Source: Clostridia bacterium (GTDB lineage: Bacteria > Bacillota > Clostridia > Christensenellales > CAG-917). From it: a stretch of DNA of 64,000 nt. The stretch lies in the NCBI GenBank assembly GCA_045613765.1, contig JAZLBO010000012.1:674-64673 (forward strand), in the 5' to 3' direction. The first letter of the stretch is position 1. Each line of letters starts with the position of its first letter. Shown here piece after piece: positions 38,679 to 47,809 of the stretch. Both the position numbers and the translations under genes were made by a program. The notes under the pieces were generated by a model. That model searched no databases, was not told the origin of the DNA, and saw only the letters and a list, made by a program, of their open reading frames with translations.

Positions 38679-39146
38679 CTAAAACCTGATATACGGTTGT
38701 ATTTTTGCGTTTTCTTTTGTTATTGTGAGTTCTTTGGGGTTCTTTTCGCCAGTGCGAATAACAAACGAATTTTCATTGTGTGACAAGAGTGTGCCGTGGC
38801 ACTTGTTTTTGTCTTGTTTCACTTCGATTTCTGTGCCGATTGCTCTACGGAAATCATCCATTGTTACGATTGGTCTGTCAAGGCCTGATGAAGACACGTT
38901 GAGGACGTATTCTTCAGGGAAAAGTTCCTCATATTTGTCAAGGACAGGGCTCAATGCGTTGTGCACTGTTTCGCATGTGTTGAGATCAACGCCATCTTTT
39001 GACCAAACGTACACTGTCAAATTGAATCTGCCATATTCCTTGAAATATTTTATTTCAACCACTTCGTATCCAAGAGCAACAACTGTTTCATTTATGCTTT
39101 TTTCCACGATTTCGGTGGCTTCTGTGCTCAAAAATTTGTTTTCCAT
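38679..39146 (-). CDS. rimP: Ribosome maturation factor RimP
   Basis: 155 aa with LEVSSPGLDRP-type motif (here LNVSSSGLDRP). Immediately upstream of nusA. Confidence 0.9.
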   Translation of the reverse strand: MENKFLSTEATEIVEKSINETVVALGYEVVEIKYFKEYGRFNLTVYVWSKDGVDLNTCETVHNALSPVLDKYEELFPEEYVLNVSSSGLDRPIVTMDDFRRAIGTEIEVKQDKNKCHGTLLSHNENSFVIRTGEKNPKELTITKENAKIQPYIRF

Positions 39147-39166
39147 TTGAACTCCTTATAATAAGA

Positions 39167-39190
39167 AGAGTGAACCTTTCGGTCCACTCT
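39167..39190 (-). promoter_or_regulatory. Leader hairpin (possible attenuator) between the promoter and rimP
   Basis: On the - strand: AGAGTGGACC-GAAA-GGTTCACTCT followed by TCTTATTAT. It lies downstream of the promoter at 39218-39246 and 20 nt upstream of the rimP SD. Confidence 0.45.
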
Positions 39191-39217
39191 ACATAGCGAT
39201 TACTATTTAGCATAGTG

Positions 39218-39246
39218 ATGATAACATATTTGCAATCCTTTTGCAA
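39218..39246 (-). promoter_or_regulatory. Sigma-A type promoter of the rimP-nusA-infB operon
   Basis: On the - strand: TTGCAA (39246-39241), 17 nt spacer, TATCAT (39223-39218). Confidence 0.55.
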
Positions 39247-39330
39247 GCAATTTTACACACAAAATCCACAATAAATATAAAATATTTAGCAGAATCTGTA
39301 GTTTTTGGTGATTTAATGACGCCATAAGGA

Positions 39331-40911
39331 TTACAAGCGTTGTGCAAGCACCTTCAAAAGTTCTGCAGTGGCATACACGTCTGCGATTGCTCTATGGGCG
39401 TTCTCGTGTGAAATGTTGAGATTTTTTGAAAGTGTTTCGAGGTCGAATTTTTTAAATTCGTTCAACTTTTCACGTGCCACAAGCAATGTGTCAAACATAT
39501 CGTTGTCAAAGTTGTAGCCTTCTTCTCTTGCATACTTTTCAAGCAAGGGGAAATCATAACCAGAGATATTGTGTCCTACAAGGATTGCATCTCTTGTAAA
39601 TCTAAAGAAATCGGGCAAGATTTCTTCAAATTTGGGAGATGATTTGACCATATCATTGGTGATAGATGTAAGGTTTGTGATAAATTCGGAGATAGGTTGA
39701 CTGGGTTTTGCAAAAGTTTGAAAAACTTCTGTAATTTTGCCGTTGACCATCTTCACTGCTGCAAGTTCAATGGGTTCTGCCGTGTTGATGAACTTGTCTG
39801 TAGCCTCAAAGTCAAATACAACAAACGTCTTGTCTTTCAAGAACTCAGGAGTGCTTGCCTTTTCTTCGAACAAACTGTCTTGCGACATCTTTGTATAAGG
39901 CTCAGGAAATACCTTTGTGTACTTTGTGGGACAAGGTTTGTTTTGAACCTTTTGTATTGAATCGAAGCAGATAGAACACCTGAAAATACCATCAAGAGTA
40001 TATGACAATGCACCGTTGTATGTTGACACAGACACGTTGCCAAGACAGATGACTTCTTCCCCATCATTGAGGGTTTTCAAAGCATCTACATCACTCAAAC
40101 GGGGGAAACAAACACACTCAATTTTGGCAGTTGTATCATCAATGATACATCTAAACATGGGTTTTGTTTCGGGTTCTCTTGAGTTGGGATCGTCAGGGTT
40201 GTATTTTTTATTTTTGAATTCTTTGTGTTGTATTCCACTGATTTTGCCACAAAGCACAACGTTTTCAGTGGGGTGCTTAATATCGCAAATGTAATTGGGC
40301 ATTTGGTTAACGCCAGACACCTTGCCCCTTGCATAAACTTTTTCACAACCTTCTGTCTTAATCAATCTAAAAGATTGAGCTGTAGTGAATGTGCGTTTTG
40401 GGATGAGATCTTCTGCATTTATGGTTGATGTATCTACGATATTTTCAACATATTCCACTTCTATGTTGCCATTGAATGATTCATCAAGGAATTCTTTGAG
40501 ATTTCCTGCAGAATTGCTATTTTTCAAAAGCATATATGTGGGGGTGTCAAAAGTTATTTGAATTTCGATGTTTTTTTCGTCAACAGACACTGAAATATTG
40601 TCTTCCACAAGGAATTTGAAAAGCATTTGCTCATACTTGTTGAAATACTCGTAGATTTTGTTTGTGACGATTGTTTTATCTGCATAAGTGCGTATGTAGG
40701 AAATGATGATATTAATCCCCGGGAAAATGCTTTCAACAATATTTTGCACGTCTGCTTTTTTCTTGTCATCATAAAGTTTTGAATCAAAGGCAGAAATAAT
40801 AAAACGGACTTCAAGTTCGTGTTTATCTCTACGGTAAGTTGCAGAGTTAAATTTCAACTCTGGGTACGCACCTTTTGATTTTTCCAAAAATTCTTCAAAA
40901 AACTTTGTCAT
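39331..40911 (-). CDS. PolC-like N-terminal domain plus OB fold plus DEDDh 3'-5' exonuclease; no PHP or polymerase domains
   Basis: 526 aa. C-terminal Exo I FVVFDFEAT, Exo II LVGHNISGYDFPLL and Exo III-epsilon HRAIADVYATAEL. The N-terminal ~350 aa have a PolC-NTD/OB-like layout. The gene occupies the polC position between ispG and rimP. Confidence 0.7.
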   Translation of the reverse strand: MTKFFEEFLEKSKGAYPELKFNSATYRRDKHELEVRFIISAFDSKLYDDKKKADVQNIVESIFPGINIIISYIRTYADKTIVTNKIYEYFNKYEQMLFKFLVEDNISVSVDEKNIEIQITFDTPTYMLLKNSNSAGNLKEFLDESFNGNIEVEYVENIVDTSTINAEDLIPKRTFTTAQSFRLIKTEGCEKVYARGKVSGVNQMPNYICDIKHPTENVVLCGKISGIQHKEFKNKKYNPDDPNSREPETKPMFRCIIDDTTAKIECVCFPRLSDVDALKTLNDGEEVICLGNVSVSTYNGALSYTLDGIFRCSICFDSIQKVQNKPCPTKYTKVFPEPYTKMSQDSLFEEKASTPEFLKDKTFVVFDFEATDKFINTAEPIELAAVKMVNGKITEVFQTFAKPSQPISEFITNLTSITNDMVKSSPKFEEILPDFFRFTRDAILVGHNISGYDFPLLEKYAREEGYNFDNDMFDTLLVAREKLNEFKKFDLETLSKNLNISHENAHRAIADVYATAELLKVLAQRL

Positions 40912-40962
40912 ATACGGTTTTACCTTGTTTTTGCGATAAAGTATTACAAAATATTTGATTTT

Positions 40963-42009
40963 TTATAGTACTTCATTGAGTAAAGTCATAAATTCTTCCA
41001 TCAAATTTGCACTTGGAACTGTTTTGAAAATTTTGCCGTCTTTCAAGAGTACGGATTTTTCTTTGCCACCTGCAATGCCAAGATCACTGCCTTCACCTTC
41101 CCCAATTCCATTTAATGGACAACCCATAACGGATATTTTGAGAGGCTTTTCTATTTTTGCAGTCAAGCGTTCAACTTCTTCTGCAAGACCTTGTACGTCA
41201 ATTTCAGTTCTTGCACACGTGGGACAAGAAACAACTTCAACCCCTGTGCAACGAAGTCCCAAAGCCTTCAATATGGATTTTCCAGCATAAACTTCTTCTA
41301 CAACTGGTGCAGATAATGAAACTCTAATTGTATCGCCGATGCCTTCTTCAAGAAGTGTGCCAATGCCGATTGATGATTTGATAAGTCCACTTCTCAATGT
41401 TCCCGCTTCCGTTACGCCAAGATGAAGGGGATATTCGCAGGTTTTGGCAAGTTTTCTGTTTGATTCAATCATTGTTTGCACATTTGATGCTTTGATTGCA
41501 ACAATGAGATTTGAAAAACCGAATTTTTCAAACATATCTGCAGTTTTGAGTGCACTTGCAACAAGTGCTTCATCTTCTGCCATACCTTTGAATTGTTTGT
41601 CAAGACTGCCACCATTGACGCCTATACGGACAGGAACATCATAATCTTTGAGTATTTCAACGAGATTCTTGATGTTTTCTGCATCGGTTGACATATTGCC
41701 GGGGTTCATGCGCAATTTTTTTGCGCCTGCTTTTACAGCAAGTTCTGCAAGGCGATATGAATAATGTACGTCAGCAATCAAAGGCAAGCCTGATTTTTCT
41801 GCAATAACCTTAAATGCTTCTGCAGATTGCTCATCAGGCACTGCAAGACGAATAAGGTCACAACCCACGTCAGTCAGTTCTTTTATTTGTGCCAAAGAGC
41901 CGTCGATATCAACGGTTTTTGTGTTGAGCATAGATTGCACTGTGATTGGTGCATCTCCCCCAACTCTTATATTTCCAATGTGGATTTCTTTTGAATAACG
42001 TCTTTTCAT
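40963..42009 (-). CDS. ispG: 4-hydroxy-3-methylbut-2-en-1-yl diphosphate synthase IspG
   Basis: 348 aa. TIM-barrel N-domain (IRVGGDAPITVQSM) and C-terminal cluster cysteines (SCPTCART...GCPLNG). Confidence 0.93.
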   Translation of the reverse strand: MKRRYSKEIHIGNIRVGGDAPITVQSMLNTKTVDIDGSLAQIKELTDVGCDLIRLAVPDEQSAEAFKVIAEKSGLPLIADVHYSYRLAELAVKAGAKKLRMNPGNMSTDAENIKNLVEILKDYDVPVRIGVNGGSLDKQFKGMAEDEALVASALKTADMFEKFGFSNLIVAIKASNVQTMIESNRKLAKTCEYPLHLGVTEAGTLRSGLIKSSIGIGTLLEEGIGDTIRVSLSAPVVEEVYAGKSILKALGLRCTGVEVVSCPTCARTEIDVQGLAEEVERLTAKIEKPLKISVMGCPLNGIGEGEGSDLGIAGGKEKSVLLKDGKIFKTVPSANLMEEFMTLLNEVL

Positions 42010-42059
42010 TTTTGTTTGTCTATATCCAAATTCGTTTGTATTTCTATAATTTCGGTGTT

Positions 42060-43322
42060 CTAACCGTTTACAAGGTGGAAAATGTCAAGGAAAACCACCA
42101 AAACCAACATGAGAATAAGCCCAACGGTGTGGATAACGCCCTCCACTTTTCTTGGCACAGGTTTACGGAATATCATCTCTATTGCAGTAAACAACATTCT
42201 CGATCCGTCAAGAGCAGGTACAGGAAGCAAGTTCATGACAGCAAGGTTGGCAGAAATAACTGCTATTGTGTACATAAATGGTCCAAAACCTTGTGAACTC
42301 ATATCTGCAATAGTCTTGACCACAGTGATTGTTCCACCTGCACTTTCAATGCCAATTTTACCGGTTATCAATGCGCCAAGTGATGCAAGGATCTTGAATA
42401 CAATGAAGAAAGCAAATCCAAATGCTCTTGAAAATGCAAGGAAGAAATTGAGTTTTTGTTGTTTGAGTCCGTAGGATATTGCGTATCCTGTGCGTATCTC
42501 GTCCACTTCAAACTCGTTGCCGTTTTCATCTTTTTCGGTTGCTTGATAGCGATATTCCCCTCTTGATGCAGTGATTTCAATGATTTCACCATCACGGAGA
42601 ATCTTAAATGTTGCTGTATCACCAATATTTTTGAAGATTGATGTGACATCATCTTGCGTCATTATGTTGACTTGTTTTCCGTCAACCGACAAAATTACGT
42701 CCCCTTCCTCAAAATATTGTTCTTGTTCAATAAAATCATAGGTATTTGCAATCACGGGAAGGATTTGTCCGTATGCAGTGAAAAATATCGTTATGATAAA
42801 AATTGAACTCAAAAAGTTGAAAAATGCCCCAGAAAACAGCACAATAAGGCGTTTCCACGCAGGTTGATCGTTGAAGTATGGACCTTTCTTCTTTTCTTGG
42901 TTTTCTTCAGGGGTTTCCACTTCAACTACGCCAATTTCTTGGATGTCTGTTGTTGCGTTGGGGGTTGTATTGTCAACGATATAGGACAAAATGCCCTTCT
43001 CTCCGTTGTCTGCAACTTCTTTGTTTATAAAATTGTTTTCTGCATCTGCGCCTTCTTGATCTTCTCCGTGAAATGCGCAAAAGCCACCAATAGGAATAGG
43101 ACGGATGGAGAAAATTTCCCCATTTTTCTTATTTTTTCTTTTGAAGATTGCAGGGCCAAAGCCAATAGAAAATTCATCAATGCGGAAACCGAGCATTTTG
43201 CCTGCAAGATAATGTCCACTTTCGTGGATGATTATCATAAACATCAATGCAAGGATTGCAACAATGATGAAACCTATATATTTGAAAACTTCGCCTGCAG
43301 TTGCTGCCAAAAGAAATGCCAC
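42060..43322 (-). CDS. rseP: Site-2 (M50) zinc metalloprotease RseP/RasP
   Basis: 420 aa with HESGH in TM1, a PDZ-like segment and the C-terminal NLLPVPALDG motif. Confidence 0.9.
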   Translation of the reverse strand: MAFLLAATAGEVFKYIGFIIVAILALMFMIIIHESGHYLAGKMLGFRIDEFSIGFGPAIFKRKNKKNGEIFSIRPIPIGGFCAFHGEDQEGADAENNFINKEVADNGEKGILSYIVDNTTPNATTDIQEIGVVEVETPEENQEKKKGPYFNDQPAWKRLIVLFSGAFFNFLSSIFIITIFFTAYGQILPVIANTYDFIEQEQYFEEGDVILSVDGKQVNIMTQDDVTSIFKNIGDTATFKILRDGEIIEITASRGEYRYQATEKDENGNEFEVDEIRTGYAISYGLKQQKLNFFLAFSRAFGFAFFIVFKILASLGALITGKIGIESAGGTITVVKTIADMSSQGFGPFMYTIAVISANLAVMNLLPVPALDGSRMLFTAIEMIFRKPVPRKVEGVIHTVGLILMLVLVVFLDIFHLVNG

Positions 43323-43324
43323 TA

Positions 43325-44473
43325 TTATTTTGCTCCTATGGAATAAGTATATTTTCTTGCCTCAATGTCTATGCGTGTAACATCATCAAGGGCAACATCT
43401 CCCACTTTTTCAAATTTTGCAAGTACTTTTTCAAGTTTGGTGGGAATATCTGTCAATTTAATTTTGTATTTGAGATATTGTTCTACAAGGACTTCGTCTG
43501 CTGCAGAAACTGCAATGCAAGCACCGTCCCCACGTTTTGCCATTTCTCTTGCGAGTTTAAGGCAAGGGAATTTATCGTAATCGGGTTCTTCAAACGTGAG
43601 AGAACCAAGATCTGTCAGTTTCAAGGGTGCAACACTTGCTGTGTTCTTTTCAGGATAATATAATGCTCTTTCAATAGACAATGCAATATTTGGTGTAGAA
43701 AGCAAAGCCTTTATACTATTATCGCTGAATTCCACCATTGAGTGAATTACGCTTTCACGATGGATAACAACATCAATTTTGTCTTGTGGGACTTCAAAGA
43801 GATGCATTGCTTCAATAATTTCAAGACCTTTGTTGAAAAGTGTCGCTGAATCTATTGTGATCTTTTTGCCCATTTTCCAAACGGGGTGCGCCAATGCTTG
43901 TTCAGGTGTGACTTTTGCAAATTGTGTTTTTGGCACGTCACGAAGTGCGCCGCCACTTGCTGTGAGAATAAGTTTTTTGATGTATTTATCATTTTCCCCT
44001 TCAAGACAAGATGCAATTGCCGAGTGCTCTGTGTCAAGGGGTATGATTTTGCCACCGTATTTTCTTTCAAGTGCCTTGAGATGTCTTCCTGCTGCAACAA
44101 TGCTTTCTTTATTTGCGATTGCAAGAGTGCCACCACGTTTCAAGACTGCCACTGCAGACCACAATCCTGCAATGCCACTGACAGCAGAAACAACTATATC
44201 TGCAGGGATTTCTGCCAATTCTTCAAGAGAGCCAAGGCATTTTGTATTCTTTTCGTCTTCAAGGAAGTCAAAGAGTGAACTTTGCACTTCAACTGCACCA
44301 CCGGGGAAATAATAATGGGTGGGATTGTATTTTGTGATTTGTTGACGCAGGAGATTTTCGTTTGAATATGCCGAAAGCCCGACCACTTTGAAGCGATCGG
44401 GGTGTTTTGAAATTGCATTGAGCACTTGGACGCCAACTGCGCCAGTACTGCCTAAAATTGTAACTGTTTTCAT
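43325..44473 (-). CDS. dxr: 1-deoxy-D-xylulose 5-phosphate reductoisomerase
   Basis: 382 aa. N-terminal GSTGAVG NADPH motif, then LANKESIV and DSEHSAI-type (here DTEHSAI). Confidence 0.95.
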   Translation of the reverse strand: MKTVTILGSTGAVGVQVLNAISKHPDRFKVVGLSAYSNENLLRQQITKYNPTHYYFPGGAVEVQSSLFDFLEDEKNTKCLGSLEELAEIPADIVVSAVSGIAGLWSAVAVLKRGGTLAIANKESIVAAGRHLKALERKYGGKIIPLDTEHSAIASCLEGENDKYIKKLILTASGGALRDVPKTQFAKVTPEQALAHPVWKMGKKITIDSATLFNKGLEIIEAMHLFEVPQDKIDVVIHRESVIHSMVEFSDNSIKALLSTPNIALSIERALYYPEKNTASVAPLKLTDLGSLTFEEPDYDKFPCLKLAREMAKRGDGACIAVSAADEVLVEQYLKYKIKLTDIPTKLEKVLAKFEKVGDVALDDVTRIDIEARKYTYSIGAK

Positions 44474-44589
44474 ATTGTATCCGTCAATGTGTAGTCGACT
44501 TAAGACAACTTTTGCAGTGTTTCACTGCCAGTGTTTTATTGTAAAATCTAAAACAAAGTTTTAGATTGTGTGTTCAAAATTGTATCTTT

Positions 44590-45558
44590 TTAATATCCGT
44601 AGATGCAAAGCATTGCAATTGACATAATCACAAGGCTGAATGTGATGCTGTCAAGTCTGTCCATGACGCCACCGTGTCCGGGGAAAATCTTGCCGTAGTC
44701 CTTGACGCCGATTGCACGCTTGATTCTTGATGCTGCAAGGTCACCAAGTTGACCGACCACTGCTCCAACTAAGCCTATTGTAAGGAAAATAAGTGCTGAT
44801 TTCCATTCCCAACCATCGACTGTATGTGCAATGACGGGTTGATAGACTTGTCCACTTGGTGCAACATTTACCACTGAGAAGTATTCAAATACTGTCCAGA
44901 AGATGATTGCCACTGCCATGCCACCAACAAGACCACCAACTGCACCGGAAATTGTTTTCTTGGGGCTGATTGTGGGGCAAAGTTTTTTGCCTTTGATGAG
45001 TGAGCCAAACCAATATGCAAAGCAGTCACAACCACAAGGAAGTGCGATTGCCATAAAGATTGTGAAGACTGCATAATATTTATAGGACAAACCCCATGCC
45101 ATTGCCATAAACAATGTGGGATAAATGAGAATAAATACGTTTACCAACAAATCGTTTAGATTACAACCGTCTTTTAATGCCTTTTCTGTCAATTCTTCTT
45201 GCTTTACGTCTTTTGAAGGACGGAAAGTGAATTCGATAAGTACTGCCATCACACCCAAGAGCAAGACGCAAAGGACTGCAAGGAAACCGACATTGGTTTT
45301 GATACCTGATTCGCCTGCAAGGAAATGTTGTGCAAGATAAAATGCAGGATATGCAAGTGTCAACACTATGATTGATGGAGCAAGGAACACTCTTCTACCT
45401 GCGCCCTTGAAGCATTGATGCAATTCCCACACTGCGCCTGCAGTAAAGAGCAAGATCAATACGTCAACAAAGATTGCGCTCACAAAGTGAGATCCAACGA
45501 TAATACCTATAAGCAAAATTCCAAGGCAAATGCCTGTGATTGTTCTCTTAATAAACAT
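44590..45558 (-). CDS. cdsA: Phosphatidate cytidylyltransferase CdsA
   Basis: 322 aa polytopic membrane protein with the C-terminal signature SRIKRAIGVKDYGKIFPGHGGVMDRLDS. Confidence 0.9.
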   Translation of the reverse strand: MFIKRTITGICLGILLIGIIVGSHFVSAIFVDVLILLFTAGAVWELHQCFKGAGRRVFLAPSIIVLTLAYPAFYLAQHFLAGESGIKTNVGFLAVLCVLLLGVMAVLIEFTFRPSKDVKQEELTEKALKDGCNLNDLLVNVFILIYPTLFMAMAWGLSYKYYAVFTIFMAIALPCGCDCFAYWFGSLIKGKKLCPTISPKKTISGAVGGLVGGMAVAIIFWTVFEYFSVVNVAPSGQVYQPVIAHTVDGWEWKSALIFLTIGLVGAVVGQLGDLAASRIKRAIGVKDYGKIFPGHGGVMDRLDSITFSLVIMSIAMLCIYGY

Positions 45559-45622
45559 AATTTATCCTATGTTGTCCACAAAATTATTAGTATTTTGCCG
45601 TCAAAATACCCAATTTGCAGAC

Positions 45623-46276
45623 TTATGCACCAAAGGTGCGATTTCTTTTTTCAAAAAGTTCAATTATTTTGTCCACATCAGTTTCGTCCATATCTGGCCA
45701 ATTTTTCACAAGGAAAATAAGTTCGGCATAGGCAGATTCGTAAAGCATAAAGTTGCTCAAACGCATTTCTCCACCCGTACGGACTATGCAATCTATTGCA
45801 GGAAGATGTGAACTTGACAAGGCTCTTTCAAAGTTTTCCTTTGTAAAGTTGCCGTGTGAAAAACAAATTTCGGCAGCGTGAAGAATATCTTCTCTGCCAC
45901 CATAGTTGAAACAGATGTTGAGCACCGTGCCTTGATTGTCTTTGGTACGGTCTTCAACTTCACAGATGCTATCCTCAAGATAATCAGGCAAAGAGGCAAT
46001 GTCCCCAGAGTATGTGATTTTGGTGTCGCCTTCATAGTTTCTGTTGAAAGTATCAACAACTTTGAAGATGGCTTCCTTTTCACTGTCGGGTCTTGCCCAG
46101 TTTTCAGTTGAAAATGCGTAAACTGAAACGGCTTCTATGCCCCGTTCCTTACATCTTTGAATAACACGACGCAGGGCTAAAAGCCCTGCGGGATATCCAT
46201 CGGCACGAGATAGACCATGTTCTGTTGCCCATCTACCATTGCCATCCATTATAAAGCCAATATGTCTTGGTATCAT
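45623..46276 (-). CDS. uppS: Isoprenyl transferase (undecaprenyl diphosphate synthase)
   Basis: Start set at the ATG at 46276 (MIPRHIGFIMDGNGRWA...), forming a TAATG overlap with the frr stop. Also has the motifs FSTENWARP and RTGGEMRLSNF. Confidence 0.92.
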   Translation of the reverse strand: MIPRHIGFIMDGNGRWATEHGLSRADGYPAGLLALRRVIQRCKERGIEAVSVYAFSTENWARPDSEKEAIFKVVDTFNRNYEGDTKITYSGDIASLPDYLEDSICEVEDRTKDNQGTVLNICFNYGGREDILHAAEICFSHGNFTKENFERALSSSHLPAIDCIVRTGGEMRLSNFMLYESAYAELIFLVKNWPDMDETDVDKIIELFEKRNRTFGA

Positions 46277-46851
46277 TAGATTTCGAGGATTTCTGCTTCC
46301 TTGTTCTTGCACATCTTTTCGACGTCTTCAACTGCTTTTGCAAGTGCTTTGTCAACGTCTGCTGTGAGATCTTTGAGATCGTCTTCTGTGATGTCTGATG
46401 ATTTTTCAAGTTTCTTGAGTTCATCAATAGCATCACGACGTGCATTACGAAGGACAACTTTGGTGTTTTCACAGCCTGCTTTCACGTCTTTGACAAGCCC
46501 CTTTCTTCTTTCTTGTGTGAGTTCGGGGAAAACAAGACGGATGACAATACCATCATTGTTGGGTGTCACGCCAAGGTTTGCTGCAAGGATTGCCTTTTCA
46601 ACGTTCTTAAGTTGTGATTTGTCCCAAACTGAAATGACAATAAGTCTTGCTTCGGGGACTGTGATGTTTGCCATTTTGTTGAGTTGTGTTTCAACACCAT
46701 AGTAATCAACAAAAACTCTGTCAAGAAGGTGGGGGTTGGCACGGCCTGCTCTGACCATCTTAAGTTCGCTTTCGTAGTTGTTGGTTGTCTTTGCAAATTT
46801 TTCTTGCATATCGTCGAAAATCATATCGACCAATTCGATTCCGTATGACAT
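46276..46851 (-). CDS. frr: Ribosome recycling factor
   Basis: Start set at the ATG at 46851 (AGGAGG SD 6 nt upstream). Motifs VRAGRANPHLLD and VPELTEERR-like (here FPELTQERR). Confidence 0.93.
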   Translation of the reverse strand: MSYGIELVDMIFDDMQEKFAKTTNNYESELKMVRAGRANPHLLDRVFVDYYGVETQLNKMANITVPEARLIVISVWDKSQLKNVEKAILAANLGVTPNNDGIVIRLVFPELTQERRKGLVKDVKAGCENTKVVLRNARRDAIDELKKLEKSSDITEDDLKDLTADVDKALAKAVEDVEKMCKNKEAEILEI

Positions 46852-46880
46852 AAATTGCCTCCTATTATTAACTGACAATA

Positions 46881-46909
46881 ATTATACCAAAGTATAATTA
46901 AAAAATCAA
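46881..46909 (-). promoter_or_regulatory. Sigma-A type promoter upstream of frr
   Basis: On the - strand: TTGATT (46909-46904), 17 nt spacer, TATAAT (46886-46881). Confidence 0.5.
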
Positions 46910-46948
46910 GACATTTATTTTTCTTTAGAGTTATTAATAAAATTAATA

Positions 46949-46975
46949 AAAGAACGGAAAGTTTCCGTTCTTTTA
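46949..46975 (-). terminator. Rho-independent terminator after pyrH
   Basis: On the - strand: AGAACGGAAAC-TTTCCGTTCT flanked by T/A runs. Confidence 0.65.
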
Positions 46976-47024
46976 ATTTGTTTGATATTTACCGTTGGTT
47001 TTGTAAATTGATCCGTTTAGAATA

Positions 47025-47735
47025 TCACTTTCCAACAAATGTGCCAACCTTTTCGCCACACACTGCGTTTTGCATTGCATCCTTTTCCATAAGGCTAAAT
47101 GCGATGACGGGAATATTGTTTTCCATGCACATTGTGATTGCAGTTGTGTCTGTTGCTTTCAAACCTTTTGCGATAACATCCATATATGAGATGTGGTCAT
47201 ATTTCTTTGCATCGGGGTTTGTTTTGGGGTCGCTATCATAAACACCGTCAACATTTTTGGCAAGAAGAAGTGCATCTGCGCCAACTTGTGCTGCTTTCAA
47301 TGCTGCGCCAGTGTCTGTTGAGAAATAGGGATTGCCTGTTCCACATGCGAAAATGATGATTCTACCCTTTTCAAAGTGACGGAGTGCTCTCTTGAAGATG
47401 AAGGGCTCTGCCACGTCAGGCATGGCAAGTTCTGTCATAACTCTTGATGCAACACCACTTCTTTCGATTTTGTCTTGGATTGCAAGTGCGTTGATGACTG
47501 TTGCAATCATACCCATGTGGTCTGCAGTTGTGCGATTCATTTCTGCATCGGCTTGTCTGCCACGCCAGAAGTTGCCTGCACCAACAACGATACCTATTTC
47601 TGCGCCAAGTTTCTTGACTTCAAGGATTTGATTGACAACAAATGACAGTTTGTCATTGTCGATGCCCATACCATTTTCTTTTGCAAGGGCTTCGCCTGAA
47701 ATTTTGATGATTACTCTCTTGTATTTTATTGACAT
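47025..47735 (-). CDS. pyrH: UMP kinase
   Basis: 236 aa with KRVIIKISGEAL, GGGNFWRG-type (here GAGNFWRG) and a typical amino-acid-kinase fold. Confidence 0.95.
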   Translation of the reverse strand: MSIKYKRVIIKISGEALAKENGMGIDNDKLSFVVNQILEVKKLGAEIGIVVGAGNFWRGRQADAEMNRTTADHMGMIATVINALAIQDKIERSGVASRVMTELAMPDVAEPFIFKRALRHFEKGRIIIFACGTGNPYFSTDTGAALKAAQVGADALLLAKNVDGVYDSDPKTNPDAKKYDHISYMDVIAKGLKATDTTAITMCMENNIPVIAFSLMEKDAMQNAVCGEKVGTFVGK

Positions 47736-47772
47736 TTATTGTTCCTCACATACAAGTTTTATAAAAAAGTGC

Positions 47773-47801
47773 AAAAAAAGGGAACGCAGATGCGTCCCCT
47801 T
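47773..47801 (-). terminator. Rho-independent terminator after tsf
   Basis: On the - strand: AGGGGACGC-ATCT-GCGTTCCCT followed by TTTTTTT. Confidence 0.8.
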
Positions 47802-47809
47802 TAAGTGAT

